Below, in pieces: positions 40,121-48,611 of a stretch of DNA of 64,000 bases (its first letter is position 1; each line of letters begins with the position of its first letter). A program made the translations under genes and the position numbers. Under the pieces are notes generated by a model. That model ran no database searches. It saw only the letters and a list, made by a program, of their open reading frames with translations, and had not been told where the DNA came from. The stretch is from the NCBI GenBank assembly GCA_964021785.1, contig CAXIAX010000004.1:1460-65459 (forward strand). The letters are read 5' to 3'. The DNA is from an uncultured Flavobacteriales bacterium (lineage in GTDB: Bacteria; Bacteroidota; Bacteroidia; Flavobacteriales_D; CAJJDF01).

Positions 40121-40136
40121 CATACTAGTTAGTATG
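40121..40136. promoter_or_regulatory. Candidate TetR operator (perfect 7-2-7 palindrome)
   Basis: catacta-gt-tagtatg. It overlaps the ATG at 40134 of the downstream membrane-protein gene. Confidence 0.45.
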
Positions 40137-40634
40137 TTAAGTGTTATATTTGCATTATTATTTAACAAAACAATGATGTACTCTATACTTATTTCCTCTC
40201 ATTCTGTTGCTCGTTGGCTAGTATTAATTAGTATCTTAATTGCAATATATACCGGAATAAAAGGTCAATTATATAAACTGAAATTTAGCAAAAAAGATGA
40301 TCTCATAAGACATTGGACTGCAACCATTGCACATATTCAGCTTACAATCGGGATAATTTTATATACTCAAAGTCCTTTTGTTTCTTATTTCTGGAAAAAC
40401 TTCAATAAAGCTATTTACCATTTAGATTCATTATTCTTCGGAATAATCCATATCCTTATTATGATAATCGCCATTGTAATAATCACAATTGGTTCTTCCA
40501 TAGCTAAACGAAAACAGACAGACAAAGAAAAATTCAAAACAATATGGATTTTCTATTCCATTGCATTAATACTTATACTCATGGCCATACCTTGGCCCTT
40601 TTCACCTTTAGCAACTAGACCTTATATTCGATAA
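40134..40634 (+). CDS. Four-TM membrane protein (cytochrome-b-like small protein family, uncertain)
   Basis: 166 aa from the ATG at 40134 (the track uses the TTG at 40116; another candidate ATG is at 40173). The HSVARWLVL motif and 4 TM helices support the call. Confidence 0.45.
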   Translation: MLSVIFALLFNKTMMYSILISSHSVARWLVLISILIAIYTGIKGQLYKLKFSKKDDLIRHWTATIAHIQLTIGIILYTQSPFVSYFWKNFNKAIYHLDSLFFGIIHILIMIIAIVIITIGSSIAKRKQTDKEKFKTIWIFYSIALILILMAIPWPFSPLATRPYIR

Positions 40635-40636
40635 TT

Positions 40637-40939
40637 ATGAAAAATTTAATAAAAACAAAGATTGGAAGACTGCGCTTAATAGGTTTCCTTGAAGGCATAT
40701 CATTATTAATACTTGTTTTCATTGCTGTACCAATGAAATATTTCTTTCAAAATCCATCCATTTCAATTTCTTTGGGGCCTATTCATGGTGCTTTATTCTT
40801 ATTGTTTATCATCAACACCTTAAGTGTTGGTGTAGAATACAATTGGAAATTTAAAACAACTACCTGGAAAATAATCCTTGCTTGCTTTATTCCTTTTGGT
40901 ACTTTCTATATTGATAAAACAATACTTAGTAAATTATAA
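40637..40939 (+). CDS. DUF3817-like small integral membrane protein
   Basis: 100 aa, 3 TM helices. RLIGFLEGISLL...PIHGALFLLF pattern. 2 nt after the previous stop. Confidence 0.6.
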   Translation: MKNLIKTKIGRLRLIGFLEGISLLILVFIAVPMKYFFQNPSISISLGPIHGALFLLFIINTLSVGVEYNWKFKTTTWKIILACFIPFGTFYIDKTILSKL

Positions 40940-41100
40940 AACAATACTATTCGAATTGATTGATTCGGTTAAAACTAAATGTGATCCAAACAAATTCTTG
41001 AAAAATCACTTACCCATTTAAAAGAATAAGAGATATTCCCTTTTTCGTTTCTTCACTACATTATTTTAAAAGAAATTTGCACTATTAATAAAAAAAGATT

Positions 41101-41108
41101 TACATTTG
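41101..41108 (+). promoter_or_regulatory. Bacteroidota -7 promoter box (TAcaTTTG)
   Basis: Exact TAnnTTTG match 35 nt upstream of the ATG at 41143. Confidence 0.5.
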
Positions 41109-41142
41109 TATCGCGCACGACTTAAACGTGAACGACACTATT

Positions 41143-41574
41143 ATGAGTACAACAATAAAAACAACAACATTACAGAATATATTTAGAATTCTACTAGCTG
41201 CATTTATGATATTTGCAGGGTATAGTCACCTTACTTTTAACAGAGTAGATTTTCAGGCACAAGTGCCAGACTGGGTACCTATGAGTAAAGATTTGGTTGT
41301 AATCTTATCGGGTATAGTAGAGCTATCACTAGGATTTGGATTGGCTTTATGGAAAAAACAAAGAGCAAATTTTGGTTGGGCATTAGCACTATTTTTCGTT
41401 TTGATATTTCCAGGAAACATTTCTCAATATTTAGATGCTAAAGATGCATTTGGAGTTTTAGATAATGATGGAGCAAGATTAAGAAGGTTGTTTTTTCAAC
41501 CTCTTTTAATTGTTTGGGCTTTGTGGGCATCTGGAGCTTGGAAATCATGGAGAGCCAGTAAAAAAAGCAATTAA
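41143..41574 (+). CDS. DoxX-like membrane protein
   Basis: 143 aa from the ATG at 41143 (the track uses the GTG at 41128). 4 TM helices and the AGYSHL motif. Confidence 0.5.
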   Translation: MSTTIKTTTLQNIFRILLAAFMIFAGYSHLTFNRVDFQAQVPDWVPMSKDLVVILSGIVELSLGFGLALWKKQRANFGWALALFFVLIFPGNISQYLDAKDAFGVLDNDGARLRRLFFQPLLIVWALWASGAWKSWRASKKSN

Positions 41575-41575
41575 T

Positions 41576-42028
41576 ATGGATGATTCTCAATTACAATTAA
41601 GCAATCAAATTTGTTTCCCTCTATATTCGGTTTCTCGTTTGCTTACCAAAGCATATAAACCATTTTTAGATAAAATGGGAATCACTTACCCTCAGTACCT
41701 TGTTATGATGGTATTGTGGGAAAATGATGGAACTCCTGTTAATCAAATTTCTGAAAAACTTTTATTGAATACCAACACGCTTTCCCCCCTATTGAAAAGG
41801 ATGGAAAAATCGGGATTCATAGAAAGAAATCGTTCTGAAGAGGACGAAAGAACAGTAATAATAAAATTAACCGAAAAAGGTAAACACCTTAAAACTGAAG
41901 CCGCACCCGTGCCAGATGAATTGGCTAAGATATTGGTTACAGAAAACATTAAACTTTCAGAGGTAATGCAATTAAAAGATCTATTAAACGAATGGATTAA
42001 AATGCTATCTGATGACAATAAAAAATAA
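41576..42028 (+). CDS. MarR-family regulator, OhrR-like (organic hydroperoxide sensor type)
   Basis: 150 aa from MDDSQLQLSNQICFPLYSVSR, which carries the conserved sensing Cys context. Followed by YPQYLVMMVLWE and a wHTH. The ATG lies 1 nt after the DoxX stop (TAATATG). Confidence 0.75.
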   Translation: MDDSQLQLSNQICFPLYSVSRLLTKAYKPFLDKMGITYPQYLVMMVLWENDGTPVNQISEKLLLNTNTLSPLLKRMEKSGFIERNRSEEDERTVIIKLTEKGKHLKTEAAPVPDELAKILVTENIKLSEVMQLKDLLNEWIKMLSDDNKK

Positions 42029-42055
42029 ATTAAACACATATAAAACAATTAAACA

Positions 42056-42688
42056 ATGGAATTATTAGATAAATTAAATTGGCGATATGCTGCCAAAGCA
42101 ATGAACGGAGAAAAAGTATCTGAAGAAAAAATAGCAAATATTATTGAAGCTATTTCTCTATCACCTACTTCTAGTGGATTACAACCTTTTGAAGTAATTG
42201 TAATCAAGAATCAAGCAGTAAAAGATGAAATCAAGCCTGTAGCTTGGAATCAATCTGTGATATCTGACTGTTCTCACCTATTTGTATTTGCTGCTTGGGA
42301 TACTTACACAGCTGACAGAATCAACAAGCAATTTGATTTAACGAACACAGTTCGTGGATTTGAAAACGAAGGATGGGAAAACTACCGTCAAATGTTGTTG
42401 GGAAGTTACCCACAAAGAGATGCAGAAGAAAACTTTAACCATGCTGCAAAACAAGCTTACATTGCATTTGCTAATGCAGTAACTGCAGCAGCTTTTGAAG
42501 GAGTTGATGCTACACCACTTGAAGGGTTTGACCCAGAAGCAGTAGACAAAATTTTAGGATTGAAAGAAAAAGGTCTTAGAAGTTGTGTCATGTTACCTAT
42601 AGGATACAGAGACGAAGAAAACGACTGGTTGGTAAAACTTGCAAAAGTTCGTAAACCAATTGATGAATTAGTAACTGTGATTGACTAA
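42056..42688 (+). CDS. NAD(P)H nitroreductase-family oxidoreductase
   Basis: 210 aa. RYAAKAM, PTSSGLQP and LEGF motifs of the nitroreductase fold. Confidence 0.8.
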   Translation: MELLDKLNWRYAAKAMNGEKVSEEKIANIIEAISLSPTSSGLQPFEVIVIKNQAVKDEIKPVAWNQSVISDCSHLFVFAAWDTYTADRINKQFDLTNTVRGFENEGWENYRQMLLGSYPQRDAEENFNHAAKQAYIAFANAVTAAAFEGVDATPLEGFDPEAVDKILGLKEKGLRSCVMLPIGYRDEENDWLVKLAKVRKPIDELVTVID

Positions 42689-42709
42689 TTACTAGTAAAA
42701 CACACATCC

Positions 42710-42747
42710 AAAAACGGTTTGAGAATTATCTCAAACCGTTTTTTTTT
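42710..42747 (+). terminator. Rho-independent terminator; copy 1 of a duplicated 38-nt hairpin
   Basis: aaaacggtttgaga-atta-tctcaaaccgtttt followed by 9 T. 14-bp perfect stem. Confidence 0.8.
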
Positions 42748-42877
42748 GCTCTAAACTCAAAAAAATCACTTCCTTATTATAAATTAAAATTTATTATTTT
42801 TATCCAAGAGATTAAACCTTTTAAACTTATTGTTGTCAAAGTAATCTTACCAAACTATTAACTATAATTCTAGACCA

Positions 42878-44671
42878 ATGAGAATAAAATTAAACCTGAT
42901 TGCTTTCGCCCTATTGTTTCTTAACATCAATTACTATTCGCAAACAACCACCCAATTTGGCCCTGATGGCTATGTGAAAATAGAAAATGGATTTGGAGGT
43001 TTTGTTGCTTCCTTGGATCCTGGAGACAGATTTAGCCGAGATCATGATGTAATAGGTGATGTGGATAATGATGGTGTACTAGATTTAGTGGTGGGTGCTC
43101 GTTCGGATGATGATGGAGCAACAGATGCAGGTGCTGTTTATATTGTGTTTATGAATGCAAACGGGACGGTTAAATCCAATCAAAAAATATCTATGCTTGA
43201 AGGAGGATTTACAGATTCACTGTACTCTGGAAGTTTTTTTGGATATGGTGTGGCTGGAGTTGGTGATTACAACAATGATGGAATTCCTGACATTGCAGTT
43301 TCTGCCAATTCTGTTCCTACTAGTTCTATTTATATTATTCATTTGGATACCAATGGTACTGTGAAAAATTATGTGAAAAACCAAAATATAACTTCTCAGG
43401 GTCTTTCTGCAATTGGCGATATAAATGGTGATGGAAGAATAGATCTTGTTGCTTGTAACTCTGCTTCAAATGATGGAGGGACACAAAGAGGCGCAATACA
43501 AATCTTGTTTTTTAATAATAATTCAAGAGTAATTAATAGCAATACCGTGACTATAAGTTCTACACAAGGAGGATTTGGAACTGGCTTAGTAAACAATGAT
43601 AGATTTGGAGGAAGAGAAGTTGCAATGCTTGGCGACATTAATAATGATGGAACAAAAGAACTAGCAGTTGGTGCATTTATGTCTGACGGTGGAAAAGGTG
43701 CAATTTGGATACTTTCTTTAGATTCTACTACATTCAATGTCACATCAAAAATTAAAATTACGGAAGGACTAAATGGATTTGCCGATACTTTGTATGATGG
43801 ATTGAATGCCAATGGAACTTCTGGAGCAGCATTTGGACATGCACTTTGTGCTCCTGGAGATTTGAATGGAGATGGTGTACCTGATTTAATTACAGGTGCT
43901 AATCAACAAAATGAAGGGAATGGATATATCCTTTATTTAAACCCCAACAAAACAGTAAAAACTTATACAAGAATAAATAATTTGGATGGTGGATTTGGGT
44001 TAGTTTTAGCTTCAGATGAACGTTTTTCTCGTTCCATTTCATTTATTGGAGACTTAAGAGGAGACGGCACAATAGCAGTAAACATGGGCGGAGGAGCTGG
44101 AGGAACAGGAACACTTTACCTACTCTTTTTTAAACCTTGTGACTTTATTCAAGAGTCTGGTTTTAATCATTGGAATGGCGGAAATACATTATTTAGTAAC
44201 TGGAACCATGCTTCTCAATCTCTCACAAGCGATTCTTTAACATTCGAACAATGTACTTTTAAAGCTTTTGAAACTGACGCAAGCTACATGACATACAATT
44301 ATAATGACGGAAGATGTATCTGCATGGATAGCACTGCGACCTTAACCAATAGTACAGAATTAAGTACGGCATTTACAAACACCTGCTTTAGCGGTTTTGT
44401 AACCTCTGTAAATGAAAACATTGTTACGAAAAGTAACATAAACATTTATCCAAACCCTACTTCAAATTCAGTTTCATTATTTTCTTCTCAAACTATTTTT
44501 AATCAAAAAGATAAAGCAGATGTTTTCTCTATCACAGGAGAACTTTTGTCTTCCGTTCTTATTCAAAATCAAGAAACAAAAATAAACTTAGAACAATTTC
44601 CTTCAGGAATTTATTTAATTAAGGTTACAATAAATGAATCTAACTCTACCTACAAAGTGATAAAGGAATAA
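42878..44671 (+). CDS. FG-GAP/VCBS-repeat (integrin-alpha-like beta-propeller) protein with a T9SS C-terminal sorting domain
   Basis: 597 aa. Signal peptide, repeated D.(D/N).DG..D(L/I) calcium-loop motifs (at least 7 copies), a Cys-containing insert, and C-terminal IYPNPTSNSVSL...GIYLIKV. Confidence 0.8.
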   Translation: MRIKLNLIAFALLFLNINYYSQTTTQFGPDGYVKIENGFGGFVASLDPGDRFSRDHDVIGDVDNDGVLDLVVGARSDDDGATDAGAVYIVFMNANGTVKSNQKISMLEGGFTDSLYSGSFFGYGVAGVGDYNNDGIPDIAVSANSVPTSSIYIIHLDTNGTVKNYVKNQNITSQGLSAIGDINGDGRIDLVACNSASNDGGTQRGAIQILFFNNNSRVINSNTVTISSTQGGFGTGLVNNDRFGGREVAMLGDINNDGTKELAVGAFMSDGGKGAIWILSLDSTTFNVTSKIKITEGLNGFADTLYDGLNANGTSGAAFGHALCAPGDLNGDGVPDLITGANQQNEGNGYILYLNPNKTVKTYTRINNLDGGFGLVLASDERFSRSISFIGDLRGDGTIAVNMGGGAGGTGTLYLLFFKPCDFIQESGFNHWNGGNTLFSNWNHASQSLTSDSLTFEQCTFKAFETDASYMTYNYNDGRCICMDSTATLTNSTELSTAFTNTCFSGFVTSVNENIVTKSNINIYPNPTSNSVSLFSSQTIFNQKDKADVFSITGELLSSVLIQNQETKINLEQFPSGIYLIKVTINESNSTYKVIKE

Positions 44672-44690
44672 ATGAATTTCATTATTTTCT

Positions 44691-44728
44691 AAAACGGTTT
44701 GAGAATTGTCTCAAACCGTTTTTTTTTT
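44691..44728 (+). terminator. Rho-independent terminator; copy 2 of the duplicated hairpin
   Basis: Identical to 42710-42747 apart from one loop base (atta to attg) and one extra T. Confidence 0.8.
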
Positions 44729-44893
44729 ACAATAAATTAAGAGTTAAGCAAAGGAAGATTTAATTCAAGTTTTAATAAATTCTTAATCTCATTTCAACAA
44801 CAGAAATTGAAAGTTTAGTAACTTTGAAGCGTTATTTCAAGGTAGAATATTACAAGGAATAAATTCAATAAAAAATCATAACAAATTATATAA

Positions 44894-45613
44894 ATGGAAA
44901 AATTGACAAACAAAAAAGCCATCATTACAGGTGGAGGAAGAGGTTTAGGTAAAGCAACTGCCATTGCATTTGCCAAAGAAGGAATTGACATTGCAATTAC
45001 TGGAAGAAACGAAGAGGTAATGAAAGCTACCGTAGCAGAATTGGAAACTTATGGAGTAAAAGCATTCTATTCGGTTTTTGATGTTAGTAATTACGAAGAA
45101 GTGCAAACTGGAATCAAAAAAATTATTGCTGACCTGGGATCAATAGATATATTGGTGAACAATGCAGGAATAGCAGCTTTTGGGACATTTAACGACATGG
45201 AAGTTAACCAATGGAGCCAAATTATACAAACCAATGTAATGGGAATGTATTATGTGACTAAAGAAGTTCTTCCTCACTTAATAGACCAAAATGAAGGTGA
45301 TATTATCAATATTTCTTCTACAGCTGGATTGAATGGAAATGCAAATACATCTGCTTATTCTGCTTCAAAATTTGCTGTAATCGGTATGTCTGAGTCCTTG
45401 ATGAAAGAAGTAAGAAAGAACAATATTAGAGTTTGTACATTAACTCCAAGTACTATCGCATCTGATATGTCTATAGAGTTAGGAATTGTAAACAAAGAAG
45501 AAAACGAATCGGTATTACAACCAGAAGATTTTGCTGAATTAGTAGTTGCTGGATTAAAATTACCAAGAAGAGCAATGCTTAAAGGTGCCGCTTTATGGTC
45601 TACTAATCCATAA
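44894..45613 (+). CDS. SDR-family oxidoreductase (3-oxoacyl-ACP reductase-like)
   Basis: 239 aa. TGGGRGLG, NNAG and YSASKFA motifs. Confidence 0.88.
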   Translation: MEKLTNKKAIITGGGRGLGKATAIAFAKEGIDIAITGRNEEVMKATVAELETYGVKAFYSVFDVSNYEEVQTGIKKIIADLGSIDILVNNAGIAAFGTFNDMEVNQWSQIIQTNVMGMYYVTKEVLPHLIDQNEGDIINISSTAGLNGNANTSAYSASKFAVIGMSESLMKEVRKNNIRVCTLTPSTIASDMSIELGIVNKEENESVLQPEDFAELVVAGLKLPRRAMLKGAALWSTNP

Positions 45614-45625
45614 ATATCTGAGAAT

Positions 45626-45654
45626 GAAAACAAGCATTTGAAATGCTTGTTTTC
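45626..45654 (+). terminator. Rho-independent terminator
   Basis: gaaaacaagcatt-tga-aatgcttgttttc, followed by a T-rich tract. Confidence 0.75.
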
Positions 45655-45792
45655 ATTTTATATTTTTCTTTATTTAGAAAAAAAACAAATACAATTTTTA
45701 TGCTTTTTTATTTAAAAAGCAACTCAAACCCTACTCCAATCCCTTTAAAAACAAGAATAATTAAAAATAAATGTATAAACCCTTTTTTATTA

Positions 45793-45808
45793 CTAACCGA
45801 TTGTTTAG
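45793..45808. promoter_or_regulatory. Candidate TetR operator (imperfect), overlapping the -7 box
   Basis: ctaacc-gatt-gtttag overlaps the TAgcTTTG box at 45806-45813. Confidence 0.45.
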
Positions 45809-45831
45809 CTTTGTAATGAATTAGAAATCTA

Positions 45832-46395
45832 ATGGCTAGAAAAAAACAATATATAGAAGAAGAAGTTATCGCTAAAGCAATGAATTTGTTTTGGAGAAAC
45901 GGCTATGAAAACACTTCTATGCAAATGCTCGAAAAAGAAATGGGCATTAATAAATTTTCTATCTACTCTAGTTTTGGGAATAAACATGGCGTTTTTGTTG
46001 AAAGCTTAAAAGCATACAAAAAGAACGTTCATAGCATTTTTGATAAATTTCAAAAAGGAACTAACGGAATAGAAGACATCAAGGAATTTTTCTATGATTC
46101 GATCTCTATTAGTTACCAAGAAGGAAACGAAAAAGGATGTTTAGTAACCAATACTTACAATGAGTTTTCTGAGACTGAAGATGAATTGATAAAAGAGCAA
46201 ATGAATTCTTTTATGGATAATTTGAAGAAACTGATTATTGAAAAATTAAAAACTGACAAAACGAAAGATACAGAAACCGTGACAAAACAGGCTAATTATT
46301 TATTGCTTGCAAAACATGGACTGGCTGCAGCAGCTAGAGTTAATTCTACCAAAGAAATTGAGGATTACATTGAGTTAACCTTCAAAAACCTTTAA
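45832..46395 (+). CDS. TetR/AcrR-family transcriptional regulator
   Basis: 187 aa. HTH region: GYENTSMQMLEKEMGINKFSIYSSF. Confidence 0.88.
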   Translation: MARKKQYIEEEVIAKAMNLFWRNGYENTSMQMLEKEMGINKFSIYSSFGNKHGVFVESLKAYKKNVHSIFDKFQKGTNGIEDIKEFFYDSISISYQEGNEKGCLVTNTYNEFSETEDELIKEQMNSFMDNLKKLIIEKLKTDKTKDTETVTKQANYLLLAKHGLAAAARVNSTKEIEDYIELTFKNL

Positions 46396-46414
46396 CCTTT
46401 TTTTTACCTTTAAA

Positions 46415-46430
46415 CTAAACGATTGTTTAG
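46415..46430. promoter_or_regulatory. Candidate TetR operator (perfect 6-4-6 palindrome)
   Basis: ctaaac-gatt-gtttag, 38 nt upstream of the ATG at 46468. Differs at only 1 of 16 positions from the site at 45793. Confidence 0.5.
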
Positions 46431-46467
46431 TTATTAAAATAAATAAAAACATATAAAACAAACAACA

Positions 46468-47016
46468 ATGACAACATTAAAAATTCAAACAATGGAATCG
46501 GCTCCTGAAGCAAGTAAGCCACTTTTAGAACAATCTATCAAAGCAAACGGAATGATTCCTAACTTGCACGGAGTATTGGCAGGATCACCAGGATTATTTG
46601 AAACATACCAAACTATTCACAAATTATTCTCGTCTTCTTCTTTCAACAAAGAAGAAGTAACAGTAGTATGGCAAACGATAAATGTAGAGCACGAATGTCA
46701 TTATTGCGTACCTGCTCACACAGCTATCGCAAACATGATGAAAGTAGATTCAGAAATTACCGAAGCATTGAGAAATGGAACTACTTTACCAAATGAAAAA
46801 TTACAAGTACTACACGAATTCACATTAAAAGTTGTTCGTAACAGAGGTCACGTATCGCAAGAAGATTTAGAAATTTTCTATGCAGCAGGATATGAAGAAA
46901 GACAAGTATTGGATGTTATTTTGGGACTTTCTCAAAAAATAATCAGTAACTACACAAATCACATTGCAAATACACCAGTAGATGCACCATTCCAACCTTT
47001 TGCTTGGACTAAGTAA
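46468..47016 (+). CDS. Carboxymuconolactone decarboxylase (AhpD-like) family protein
   Basis: 182 aa. EHECHYCVPAH (CxxC..H) motif of AhpD-like peroxidase/CMD proteins. Confidence 0.75.
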   Translation: MTTLKIQTMESAPEASKPLLEQSIKANGMIPNLHGVLAGSPGLFETYQTIHKLFSSSSFNKEEVTVVWQTINVEHECHYCVPAHTAIANMMKVDSEITEALRNGTTLPNEKLQVLHEFTLKVVRNRGHVSQEDLEIFYAAGYEERQVLDVILGLSQKIISNYTNHIANTPVDAPFQPFAWTK

Positions 47017-47037
47017 TTAATAATTATCTTAAAAAAT

Positions 47038-47062
47038 CGCCAGAAGAAATTCTGGCGTTTTA
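47038..47062 (+). terminator. Rho-independent terminator
   Basis: cgccagaa-gaaa-ttctggcg followed by TTTT. Confidence 0.65.
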
Positions 47063-47098
47063 TTTAAACCCAATTAAAATATTATTCTAAAAAAAACT

Positions 47099-47132
47099 TA
47101 TATTATTTGGAATAATCATTCCAAATAATATA
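47099..47132. promoter_or_regulatory. Perfect 15-4-15 palindrome, candidate TetR operator overlapping the promoter
   Basis: ttatattatttggaat-aatc-attccaaataatata. It overlaps the TAtcTTTG box at 47131-47138, upstream of the GTG at 47143. Confidence 0.55.
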
Positions 47133-47142
47133 TCTTTGTGAG

Positions 47143-47694
47143 GTGACTAAGAAAGAAAACATATTATCAGCTGCACTTTCACTCCTAACACAAAAAGGAG
47201 TTCATAATACACCCATGTCTGCTATTGCAAAATCTGCAGGAACTGGGATGGGTACTATTTACAATTATTTTCCAAACAAGGAATTATTGATTAATGAAAT
47301 TTACGTTTCTATCAAAGAAAAGGAGAAATCTGTTATTCTAGCTTTTGATTCTTCTTCTCCTATCAAAACACAATTTGAAAATTATTTAAAATCTATGATA
47401 GGCTTTTTTATTAAAAATCCAATCTATTTTAAATTCATGGAGCAACTACAAGCCTCTCCAATGATTACAGAAGAAAGCAGAGAACAAGGAAGAATGGCCA
47501 TTTCTCCTATTTTGGAATTGTTAGAAAAAGGAAAACAAGATCGAATCATAAAAAATATGGATATCAATGAGATTATGATGTTTACTGGTGGTGCAGTACT
47601 CTCTTTTCTTAGGTGGTATTTTGATAATAATGAATTGAAAAAATCGTCTATTGAGAATCATACCAAGATGGTTTGGGATGGAATTAAGGAGTAA
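47143..47694 (+). CDS. TetR/AcrR-family transcriptional regulator (GTG start)
   Basis: 183 aa. HTH region: GVHNTPMSAIAKSAGTGMGTIYNYF. Confidence 0.85.
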   Translation: MTKKENILSAALSLLTQKGVHNTPMSAIAKSAGTGMGTIYNYFPNKELLINEIYVSIKEKEKSVILAFDSSSPIKTQFENYLKSMIGFFIKNPIYFKFMEQLQASPMITEESREQGRMAISPILELLEKGKQDRIIKNMDINEIMMFTGGAVLSFLRWYFDNNELKKSSIENHTKMVWDGIKE

Positions 47695-47710
47695 AAAAAT
47701 TTAACTACAA

Positions 47711-47734
47711 ATTGGAATGAATATTCACTCCAAT
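47711..47734. promoter_or_regulatory. 24-bp near-perfect palindrome upstream of the SDR gene
   Basis: attggaatgaat|attcactccaat pairs at 11/12 positions. It shares TTGGAAT/TCCAA half-sites with 47099-47132, but at a different spacing. Confidence 0.4.
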
Positions 47735-47748
47735 AAAACAAAACAACA

Positions 47749-48606
47749 ATGAAAAACATTTTAATTACAGGAACTTCAACAGGAGTAGGAATGGAAAGCG
47801 CTATTTTATTTGCTAAGAACAACTATAAAGTATATGCTACAATGAGAAACTTAGCAAAAGCTACTTTGCTTAAAGAAAGAATTGAGGAAGAAAAATTGAA
47901 CATTGAAATACTTCCTTTGGACGTAACGGATATAAAATCGATAAACAAAGCAGTAGCAACCATTATAGAAAAAGATGGAAGAATAGATACTCTATTGAAC
48001 AATGCTGGAGCCGGCTTTGCAAAAACTACCGAACAATCTACAGAAGAAGAAATTAGATGGGTAACTGATGTAAATTACCATGGGGTAGCTTTTTGTACGC
48101 AAGCAGTTTTACCTTATATGCGTAAACAAAAATCTGGACATATAATTAGTATTACCTCAGTTGGTGGATTAGTTGGGCAACCATTTAATGAGTTATATTG
48201 CGGAGCTAAATTTGCTGTAGAAGGATTCATGGAAGGACTCGCAACTTATGTAACAGATGCTTTTAACATTAAGATTAGCTGTGTAGAACCAGGAGGAATA
48301 AGTACCGAGTTCATGAGTTCTGCCGTTGGAAAAACGGCTGTAGATGGACAGTTATCTTCTGGCGAATATTTACCAATATTCGAAAAATATATGGCAGGAA
48401 ATCAACAAAGAGCAAACGAAAGTAAAGTACAAGTATATCAAACAGGAAAAGAAGTTGCCGAAGTTGTTTTAACCGTAGCACAAAATGAAAAGCCTCCATT
48501 GAGAATACGTACTTCTAAATGGGCTGAAGATTTTTGTGAATTAAAAACTCAAGCAGATCCCGATGGAAACAAAATAGTGGAGCAAATAAAAAATAGCTTT
48601 TTATAA
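47749..48606 (+). CDS. SDR-family oxidoreductase
   Basis: 285 aa. TGTSTGVG, NNAG and YCGAKFA motifs. Confidence 0.88.
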   Translation: MKNILITGTSTGVGMESAILFAKNNYKVYATMRNLAKATLLKERIEEEKLNIEILPLDVTDIKSINKAVATIIEKDGRIDTLLNNAGAGFAKTTEQSTEEEIRWVTDVNYHGVAFCTQAVLPYMRKQKSGHIISITSVGGLVGQPFNELYCGAKFAVEGFMEGLATYVTDAFNIKISCVEPGGISTEFMSSAVGKTAVDGQLSSGEYLPIFEKYMAGNQQRANESKVQVYQTGKEVAEVVLTVAQNEKPPLRIRTSKWAEDFCELKTQADPDGNKIVEQIKNSFL

Positions 48607-48611
48607 TCACT

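Noticed and set aside
41510-41575. N-terminal 22-codon extension of the MarR ORF given in the track
   Set aside because: It would overlap the DoxX-like gene by 65 nt. The ATG at 41576, directly after that gene's stop, gives the canonical OhrR-like N-terminus.
43396-43812. 138-aa minus-strand ORF inside the FG-GAP gene
   Set aside because: It is antisense to a gene with repeated calcium-loop motifs and a T9SS domain, and has no independent support.
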